Source: Bigelowiella natans CCMP2755
Lineage: Eukaryota > Protista > Cercozoa
NCBI GenBank assembly: GCA_000320545.1
Contig: ADNK01002180.1
Coordinates: 1-36,225, forward strand
Length of the DNA: 36,225 nt
Direction: 5' to 3'
In this document: piece by piece, positions 24,159 through 33,782 of the stretch
Position numbering within the stretch: the stretch's first letter is position 1
Layout of the letters: every line of letters starts with the position of its first letter
Translations under genes and position numbers: made by a program
The notes under the pieces: model-generated
Told to the model about the DNA's origin: nothing
Databases searched by the model: none
What the model saw: only the letters and a program-made list of their open reading frames with translations

Positions 24159-27100
24159 TCAAGGTGCGAAAGCAATCCAGTGTTCTTCTTTACTTTGATC
24201 GTGTTGTGACTTAAACCGTCGCAGCAATTCTGCATGGGCACGTTGAACCACCAACGAAGACCCACGCTGGCGCTTTGCAAGTCTCATAACAAACTTATCG
24301 TTTATTTTTCTAATTTTCGGAACTGGGCCGAGACCACATGCTTTGTACAAAGTGCTTCCTGCTTATTCACACCATTCAGAGTGTTTAGTTATACACATCA
24401 TGGTTTTCTTCCAAAATAATTCTGACCGTTGGCAAGAGGAAGCTTTCTGGACTGACTCAGATAGTACCTTCATTTCATGGAACATGCAAATTGGGATCAG
24501 CACAATTCATCATAATATTTTGTAAACGATTTACCAAGTGGAAATGTCTCCAACACTTCGAGCGTTGGGGTTCTCAGCACCTTATGCAAATAAAAAATTG
24601 AATTAAAAAAAATTTTTACTTGAAAAATATGCGATGGAATTTACATAGCCCATATCCTGCGGTGACTCCCCCATCTCCTCGCTCCAATCTAACAGTGCCT
24701 AGAACAACTATGTGATGAGACAGATTTGATGCAGCCTGTTCCTTAGTTTAAAAATTCGGACCGTTCATTTTTTTGTACTGAAATCCACTCGGCATTTTTT
24801 GGTATATCCTGATTGTTTAAAGATTCGTGTAATGGAATAGGAAGCTCATTCGTAAAAAGAGTCTGAAATAAGAGACTACCCATTCACTTCTGGTGAGCCT
24901 GCATGTGTCACAACTAATAGGTCGTCATTTGGACTTTCGCTCTGGTGGTGTTTCTCATGAGTCTTATCATCCTCGGTTTTCTTTGCGATACGAGTGACTC
25001 TTGTGACCCAGTATCGTTCATAATAAAAATACCCAGAGATGAACATCATAATCACCTATTTCGAATAGAGTATAAACTTGAGGGAGAATTGGCTTGCAAA
25101 CTGAATAATATTGCGGACCCCGGCCCATAAAATTCCAAATTTTATGTCCCTCGTAGCGCTTGGATAGCTGGTTGAAATGGTGAAATGTAAACCACTGAGT
25201 TCTGAATTGATTGTGTTCTTTTGCAACTACCTTAAAACAATAACAGCTAATACTCCGCCCCATATAGATGCAGCTAGGCCCACCGTTCGTGCGATGTTGT
25301 ATAGAGGAGGAGTACTTGGCTCTCCAAGTATCTGATCATTCATCTCAATTCGTTATATTTTCATATTATTATTTTGAAGAAAGCTGATACTCCACTTTCA
25401 AGTACCTCATATCCGAAACGAATAGAAGGTCTGTTCATCCAGAAAATCGTTGCCATTGTGAGAACGACACCTTGTTTTTAAGAAGGAGGCAGGAAAGATA
25501 CTGTGGGTTATGGGTTATACACGAAAACCTCTCCATACATGAACATACCTGAACCGATGCTGGCCAGTATTCCAGCGATCCGGCCATTAGATCCGAAAAA
25601 CCCGCTTGATATCACCTGAAATACTGTTCCATTAGAACGAATATGGGAGACACGACACAGTATGTACCAAGGCCGTTTTCATTAGAGCAATGAATGAGAG
25701 GAAGGGCTTTGCCACTAAGAGGAAATTTGTCATTATTGAGAAACTTGGTGATTTGATTGATTTAACCAAAGATGTCTTTATCTTGGGCTGGAGGCTTTCT
25801 TGCTGAAACACCTCCTGTAAGAGTACAGTATAAATCTGCAGAATTCAAAATTCAAAAACTTTGCAGGTAGAGATATACCAGCTGCTTCGTTTTCGACTGG
25901 ATCTGTTTCACCTAAATAAAATGAAATTATTTGAGTACTCCTTTCGTTACTTTTCCATGCAAGAACACTAACCAAGCATCGGCGCTATCATCGATGCCAA
26001 GGGCACATAAATTCCAAAGGAAACCTACAATTATCAAATATCATCTTGCTCCTTGTAGTAGCATCATCCCCTCCATTTATAGTTTTAGAGTCAGTAACTA
26101 ACTGGTAATAAAGTTTTTACCATCGACAAAGCAGCATAGAATTGATGGTCCTGCAGAAAACAAACCCAATGCAACAGTAAATATACCATATCTATTGCTC
26201 ATTCTTAAGTACCCCCTCCCAGCACTTCACGCTTCGGTCCAGTATGCTCACAAACGCATCTTCATTTATAAAATATTCAAGTGAATGGTCTCATTCCCAG
26301 ATACGGATACTCAAGGGAAACCATTCTGACTGTCGTCCCGCAAGCATGTCAGCACCAGAATTTGACTAAAAAGACAGTCATTGGTGAGATCCACCGAGTA
26401 GTCCATGCCACATTGCCAACAAGTTTAGAATCGTACTTGGTCATGATCACAATCAATAGAGTATCGGCAAGGAGCTAATTCCGAGATAGGATTGAGTGGA
26501 TATCTGACGATTTGATATTGTTACAATCGAATATTGCCTACCGTAGCCATGTAGGAGAGTGATGAAGATAGGCCTAAAAGTTCAGACTGTTAGGAAAATC
26601 ACGTCTCTACACCAACACTTCGGCATACCTCTTACATCGCCGTGGCCGTAAACTACAGCCCCTGGAACGGAGTAAAACCAAACACGGCCAGCATCACGAT
26701 CCAAACCTGTTGGCATATGTCGCTGATCGAGTGTAAAGTCTTCAGAGGCAAAACGGTGTCAGAACCCTTTTCACGAAGTGCCTGTGACTTGTACATCTCC
26801 TTTAGTAGTTGATAGATAAACAGCGCTACCAAGGCTACTGTGACAGCTTTTGGAACAAAAGAATGATGATTATTTATTGTTCGGAATAAGCGATAGTAAG
26901 TATGTAAACCGAAGGCTGAATATGCATAGATCCCCACAGTATTCCTGAGGATGAATGTTCAAACATTGAGCTGCAATAAAGTTCTACATGGTGTCATACC
27001 TTTCGATATAAGACTGGATATCTATGTAAAACACGGCGTAAAACCTGAAAGAAGTTCCATGACATAAATCCAATCAATCAATGGTGTGATCATACCCTTC

Positions 27101-30100
27101 GTCGGTCTCCGTATCCGATTCAGAATTTCCTACAGGTAGATATGTTAGATGTTATAGAACAAGATTACATTCAAGAAGAAGAAAGACTTCTGTTTGATTG
27201 AGGCGAATCTTCCTGAGCTGAAATGGATTGAAGTCCGAAGGAGCTTAGCTGAATAACCTAATACGATTACCAACATGCCGTCACGCATACCAACTTTAAA
27301 AATTTGTAAATGCATCAACTTCGATAATCAGCGAAAAGACTTCGATAAGGTTTCCCTGAGATGTTATCATCCAACATTACTACGACATGACGGCCCGATT
27401 CTGTCTAGAGTTACCAAATTGAACCATCTGAACTTCAAGAAAACCGTTGGAGGAGCTTCATGAGCTATGGGCTCTACTCTCAATGCGCTTTTTTTGGGCA
27501 CCGATATTTGATGCTGATTCAAGAAGATAAATTTTGTTGGCTGGCAGCATTAGAATGGAAAAACCTAGATGTTTTGACGGAAAACGAGACGAAAACTACC
27601 TCAAAAGTATCGAGGACAGGCTTTACCGAAATGTCACACAATCCAGCACCATGTGGAGAAGGGATTTGAATTTGTTGGTCTTCTCGACGCAGACTTTGAC
27701 GGTTGGATCTCGTTTTGAATACGTCTGCTTTCATTTCCTCGAAAGATCTAAAGCTACGGTATGTTCCTAGTGCCTTAATAGTACAAGTGAAGAAAGTAAT
27801 ATGCTGTGTCGGCATGTTTGCGTGCTTATGGCGTGTGTGTGTTTAGAGAAAAGAATAGAAGAGGTAACCACCTGGAGAATCAGGATCAGAATGAGGAAAA
27901 TCCCTGTGCATGTACAATTTGTGAAACCGAAGTTAGACGCTAATTTTTTTAAGATTATAACCCTAAAAACTTTACCTATTGATAGCCCAACCTCCAGTTC
28001 AGAAACTCCTTCGCTCCCAGAATCCAATATCTGTTATATCACTTAGTTACGAGCTGATTATCAGTAGCAGTGCAAATAAAAGGCCACCAAATAGACGACT
28101 ATCAGAGGATATCCAACTAGTAGACCGAGCACGGTTATCGAGCGCGTAGCAATGGAAATGCCTAGAATATTAAATCAGTCACTCACTATATCAATTCCTA
28201 CGAAATTCACGTACATCGAAGGGTTTTTTTTGCAGTAGACTCTTGTGCCAACTCCTCCTGGCGAATCTCGTAGTCATCCATATGACGTTGGATGTTTTTA
28301 AATCTGATGTAGTGCGCACATATGGGTGTGTCTGAGTATGTGTTAGGCCCATTATAAATACTTTACCTTGAAGCAAGAAGGTACAAGCAAGCTGGAAGAA
28401 CCAAAAGGAGAGATATCAAAACTGCGATAAAGTAGCTCAACACAGCACACTGTGGATAAAAAAAACTCTGTCAGCTTTGTATTTTCAGTTTTCTTCTTAT
28501 TGATTCAAAACTCACAAATTTTCTTCCCAAGAATGCAGACACCTCTTGGCCTAATGGACAGGTATTTTAAATTCCTTTCACTCGTGTACTACGTAAATCA
28601 ATACATTTCGAGTTTCCGCTGATTGGAGTTGGTATCCAATCCTTTGGTGAAACGATCTGGGTTTGCAATGTTATAAACGTATTAATCCAAAATGAGGTTT
28701 CAAAGAATCTCCAGAAATGAAACCTGCACTTCCAGGCCTGATACGATTGAAGATATGACCAACGAATATCCATATCCAGATGGCAGTGTACTGGGTAGAT
28801 TATGAGACACTCCAGCATCTTTCCCCGAGAGATGGTATCTAAATAAACCCAGAATCCAGGAGAGAGTTCTATCAAGTTCATAAAAAATACGATGATATAT
28901 GAATTGGCTTTACCTCAGTGTTCGCTTCTCAAGATTGACTGATACAGTTATTATCTCCCCTTCCCTCCATTTTCGAGCATACATCTCAGGCACAGTCTTC
29001 GATTTGAGCTCGGAATCTTCAAATGTCTTCCCTTCCATCAGGAATCTGACGCAAAGAATAATTCAAATATTCAACTAATCCTCAATCGCTAGTTCAATGA
29101 CAACACCCATATTTCATTTCTGGATATGGCAACGGTTCCTGGGAAGATGTAAAAGCATTTCCGCCTTTCTTTATCGGTTGCCTTTCGAGAGCAATTCCAA
29201 TTGCCGCTCCCCAAGTGTTATCTGAACGGCATTATTTCTCATTCATTCTATCTAAACTCTATAGTGCAATTGCCCATACCTTTTGGAAGAGATTTAGGCA
29301 GCTTGTTGATGCGAATTCGCCACTCGTGCAAGCCTTCAGTAACTACCTACTCACACAAACAAAGGTCAATACGAGGTGCTGTTCGGAAGAGATTTTGAGA
29401 ACCTTTTGTCCATGCACACTGTACCAGCCGCCATTCAATTTTGAGCTTCCTTGGTTCCTCGAGGACTTGAAATCGCGTTGAGATAAATCGTTACTGAGAA
29501 TGGATGACTCTGAGATGTCCGCAGTGACACGGCCCGAGATCGACTTTTCGTCAAGGTGACTCATGGAGAACCTACAGGTATTGGACCCCACACTAGAAAC
29601 CTATATTTTGGTGGGCCGTAAATAAACTTGAGTTGCATTTTTGCGACAGCTACACGTTCGTGACCATGGGATGCGGATGGAATTGGTCTTCGATCCAGGT
29701 ATCAAAGACACCTATGCATTTAAGAGTGATCATAGCTAATTAGGAGATGAAGAGGAGGCAGGAAAATACAAATACCCGAGTCCTGCTTCGAACCCCACCA
29801 GGTTAACCAGCTGAGAAAATTAAACACCTGGAGTGGTATGAATGTATCAGTTTATGGAGTACCTCCAATTCCTTGGAATTGCATCCTACATTTTCCATAT
29901 CCGCATAGACATCGTCTATCTCTATTTCTTCTTCGGTAGTAGCCTCAATTATTTCGTCTCCGGCAATTTCGACTTGTTCGTCTTCCCCGATGTCCTACAT
30001 AAGTAATAATTATGAAAGTCGTATCAAACAACATAGGAAGAAGAAGAAGATGCAATATTTATATTCGAACCAATATGTACAGCTACTAGCGGCAGCACCT

Positions 30101-32756
30101 GAATAGCTTGCTCTTTGTTGCAAGGTTTCTTCTGCTTTCGTTCCTGGTGAACCCAGGTTATTTTCTTACCTAGCTCAGCAAGCTCCTTTTTTTCGGGAGC
30201 TTTGGTGGGGATGGCTGTGGATGCAGGCCGAACTTTAGATTCTTGGAGTCCTCGCATGGAAGGTGATGGGTCCACTTTCCTGAAGAATTTTAGTTGCTTT
30301 GTTTGGATCTAAAAAGCTATTCGGATAAAAACTTACTTTTTAATTTCAGCAACTCGCATGGAAGGTGATGGGTCCACTTTCCTGAAGAATTTTAGTTGCT
30401 TTGTTTGGATCTAAAAGGCTACTCGGAAAAACTTACATTTTAATTTCAGCAACTCGCATGGAAGGTGATGGGTCCACTTTCCTGAAGAATTTTAGTTGCT
30501 TTGTTTGGATATAAAAAGCTATTCGGAAAAACTTACTTTTTAATTGTAGCAACTCGCATGGAAGGTGATGGGTCCGCTTTCCTGAAGAATTTTAGTTGCT
30601 TTGTTTGGATCTAAAAAGCTATTCGGATAAAAACTTACTTTTTAATTTCAGCAACTCGCATGGAAGGTGATGGGTCCACTTTCCTGAAGAATTTTAGTTG
30701 CTTTGTTTGGATCTAAAAGGCTACTCGGAAAAACTTACATTTTAATTTCAGCAACTCGCATGGAAGGTGATGGGTCCACTTTCCTGAAGAATTTTAGTTG
30801 CTTTGTTTGGATCTAAAAAGCTATTCGGATAAAAACTTACTTTTTAATTTCAGCAACTCGCATGGAAGGTGATGGGTCCGCTTTCCTGAAGAATTTTAGT
30901 TGCTTTGTTTGGATATAAAAAGCTATTCGGAAAAACTTACTTTTTAATTGTAGCAACTCGCATGGAAGGTGATGGGTCCGCTTTCCTGAAGAATTTTAGT
31001 TGCTTTGTTTGGATCTAAAAAGCTATTCGGATAAAAACTTACTTTTTAATTTCAGCAACTCGCATGGAAGGTGATGGGTCCACTTTCCTGAAGAATTTTA
31101 GTTGCTTTGTTTGGATCTAAAAGGCTACTCGGAAAAACTTACATTTTAATTTCAGCAACTCGCATGGAAGGTGATGGGTCCACTTTCCTGAAGAATTTTA
31201 GTTGCTTTGTTTGGATATAAAAAGCTATTCAGAAAAACTTACATTTTAATTTCAGGAATTCTTCTAAGTTGAATTGACGACGGTGGGTGGCTTTTTCTAG
31301 TCAGCCTTCCTTGCGTCTGCACGTTGGACGAAGGGACGATGCGAGGTGGACTAGGCAAAAAGCCCATTCTCTGTTCCCACTGGCAAAAGGACAGGTATCA
31401 TTTTGAGCACAACACATCATCTTCATAAAGAAACCTCTCCCAATAGATTCTCTAGGGGCTCTGGGGCTACATTGACTTTGATATGAGAGAGTTGTATAAG
31501 TGTTGGCAAGGAGGAAGCTCGAAGTAGGTACAGTAGGAACCTTGTGGTGGATGTTCGGGGACGTATTTGAAATTCACTTCCTTCAATGTTTCTGCCCTGA
31601 AGATGCAAATATGCAAATCAAGACTGAAGTGGGATGTAGTGATGTAACTATAACTATTCCAACATGTCGGGTTTTTCATCCAAAAATTTCCACAGCCTCC
31701 TGTCAGCAATCACGCTTCGGTAGGTTTCCATTAAACCCGTCTGGACCTAAGAGGGAAATCTTAATTGGATGAAAGTAAATGATCTTTGTTTCAGACCTCA
31801 GATGCCTGGAGTAATGTGTTGTGTTGGCGAGCTTGTCTCAGAAAATAATCTTCTACCATTCTGGAAAGCATGCCTGCGATATGTCAAAGCCTCGTGTACT
31901 TATTAAGTTTCTAACAGCATGGATGAAGTCACCTCGAAGTTTGCTAAGACCCTTGGATTCTGGTACACCCTCCCCCATACAATTCTATCATATGGTTTGA
32001 AAGCGTTAGACACCATTTCTGTTAATTATGTTTATGAAACCTGGAAAACAGTCGCTTCTGGAAGACTTCTTATGGCACAGAAAACGATCTTCATTTCGTC
32101 ACAAATTGACTGAAGCAATAAAATTAGTTCGGACTTCAAACTTTCGTTAATGAATCTCACATTTTGAATTTTGTCCCATACGAACGATATCCCGTTTATA
32201 GAGAATGATGCATTTACAACGCTCAACTCATAGTCATTCTCCGCGTCATATTCCCGTTTCGTGTGCTCTTCCTACATGGGTTATTTGGAGCGCAGTTATT
32301 GAAGCAAATACATAGATTATAACAGCTCAGTTCCTTTGATGTCCGTTACCTGTAAAGCTTTCTTCAAATTTCTTTTTAGCTCTGGGTCCGTATGAATAAG
32401 ATAGTAACTTAGCCTGCACGTTTGATACATTCCACCTATGCAACAACTAGTTAGCGGATTGGTTCTGGAGGCAGTTCGTTCTCTATCCACCTTCCTTTCC
32501 ACCATGTTTGCTATCACTTCTTAGAAATGCTCCGTATCCCTCAAAGATGATGTGTTGTCCTAAATGGAAACGAGCATTCCAACATTCATGCTTCGTGTGG
32601 GGGTCTCACAAATTCAAACTACGGTCTTTCTATCGTCGAAACCAGGGTGGAAATGATAACTATGCCAATAAGACATTCGATTAAAGGAATAGGGACCGCA
32701 CCAGAGAGCACAAAGCAGCCGTGCTGAATGACTTCCACGGAGGACGACGACGTCAT
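24159..32756 (-). CDS. Large membrane protein from an extremely intron-dense gene (about 60-65 introns): N-terminal region, 15-aa tandem repeats, acidic linker, SPRY/B30.2-like domain, about 11 TM helices, C-terminal AGxxxVNGxY-type module
   Basis: Hand-splicing at GT-AG sites gives a nearly continuous frame from MTSSSSVEVIQHGCFVLSG|QHIIF. It passes GGWYSVHGQK|VVTEGLHEWRIRINKLP...WGAAIGIA...WREGEIITVSVNLEKRTL|RYHLSGKDAGVSH (SPRY, about 29432-28724), TM segments including LVLTC...VKCWEG|DHQFYAA, and LLVVTHAGSPEVNG|IYQ...GLGPVPKI. A few junctions (about 29.6-29.9 kb, 27.5-27.7 kb and both termini) are ambiguous. Confidence 0.8.
30251..31255 (-). repeat. 10-copy tandem array of 100/102-bp units, each a 45-nt exon + 55/57-nt intron encoding K(V/A)DPSPSMRVA(E/T)IK(K/M)
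   Basis: Unit starts (ctcgcatgg on +): 30251, 30353, 30453, 30553, 30655, 30755, 30857, 30957, 31059, 31159. The minus strand shows GTAAGT...AACTAAAATTCTTCAG in every unit. The 2-nt length difference lies inside the intron. Confidence 0.92.
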
Positions 32757-33123
32757 CGAGATGCAGAGTAGGGGGAGGTAAGAGGCGACTCACGCAAAAT
32801 CAAGCAAACTGATCAGTAGATCTACTTAGGATAACTGCTGATTTTAACTAAACCACATAGGATTTAAGCACCTTCAGGCAGATCTAAGACACTAGGCGCT
32901 CTCAAGAAGGCCTTTAATTTGTAGATTACGAGCAATTCTTCTTGGGCATGTAACCGTTTATACGAGTATGGTAACGCCACACGCTTAATGTCTAGATCTC
33001 GTAGATCTATTATTTTAGTCCATGAGAATAGACTTACACCTGTCAGTACCTGATAGTACCATAAATCCCATGCTGAAATCCCCGATGTGGTTTTTCGTTT
33101 CGGTTGGAAACCAAAAATACTAC

Positions 33124-33780
33124 TTTCACGGGATTCATTCCCTGTCAGTGCCCTGTCAATCCCAGATGACAGCGCAGTCAGTCAGAACACCTTCAGAAAG
33201 CGTGCTAGCGTGCTAGCCGTGGCACATCTGCACACACTGGGCACGCTAGCGATGAACATCGTCCATCGATGAGCATCCCCATTTTCAAGATCATCATCGA
33301 CAGGACACATCTAGTTAGCTAGTTAGCTAGCTCATGCACGAACGCCAGCACGCACGCCAGCACGCACTTGCCAGACGACGTGTCTCTGACGTCTAGACGT
33401 GCTGTGCAGCGCGCATGTTGTGTCACGTGCAATGCACAAGCTTCCATGCGATGGAAGTGATGCACACTAGCCACAGCTGCCTGCCAGCGCTAGCAGAGCA
33501 AACTAACAAGGCACTGTGAAAAGTTGATGTTAGCTGCTCTCTAGGCTCTCTAGCTCTGATGACCGCGCTGCATGCAACATCAATGATGACTCACAGCTAG
33601 CTAGCTAGAAAGTGCAAAACAAAACTTGTTTCTGCATCAGATTGTCACGTGATTGGCGGCGCGCGCGTGAACATAGAGCAGTGACTTTGCGCCGCAATGG
33701 GACGCAGTCCAGCAGTAGCAGCACTGAAGCAGCAGCATTGCTATGGTCGAGGAGCGAGAAGTCCTCCTGTTTTCCGTCAT
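33124..33780. other. Second TpA-depleted, CTAG-enriched tract, immediately 3' of the SNF2 gene
   Basis: Manual count: 21 TA in 657 bp, of which 14 are CTAG and 7 have TAG on one strand (TTAG x3, CTAA, ATAG, GTAG, CTAT); none is [AGT]TA[ACT]. Confidence 0.9.
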
Positions 33781-33782
33781 CA

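Noticed and set aside
30251-31255. CRISPR array or nucleomorph-style 26-28-nt ultra-short introns
   Set aside because: There are no unique spacers and the context is eukaryotic. The short-intron model leaves a 74-nt frame-breaking exon, and its AG is lost in three units.
23990-33120. AT-rich block as a transposon, endogenous virus or degraded pseudogene; TTGGAA..CAAAA look-alikes at both edges as a TSD
   Set aside because: It splices into a cellular-type SPRY/TM protein with no transposase, RT or viral hallmark; the edge similarity is short and imperfect.
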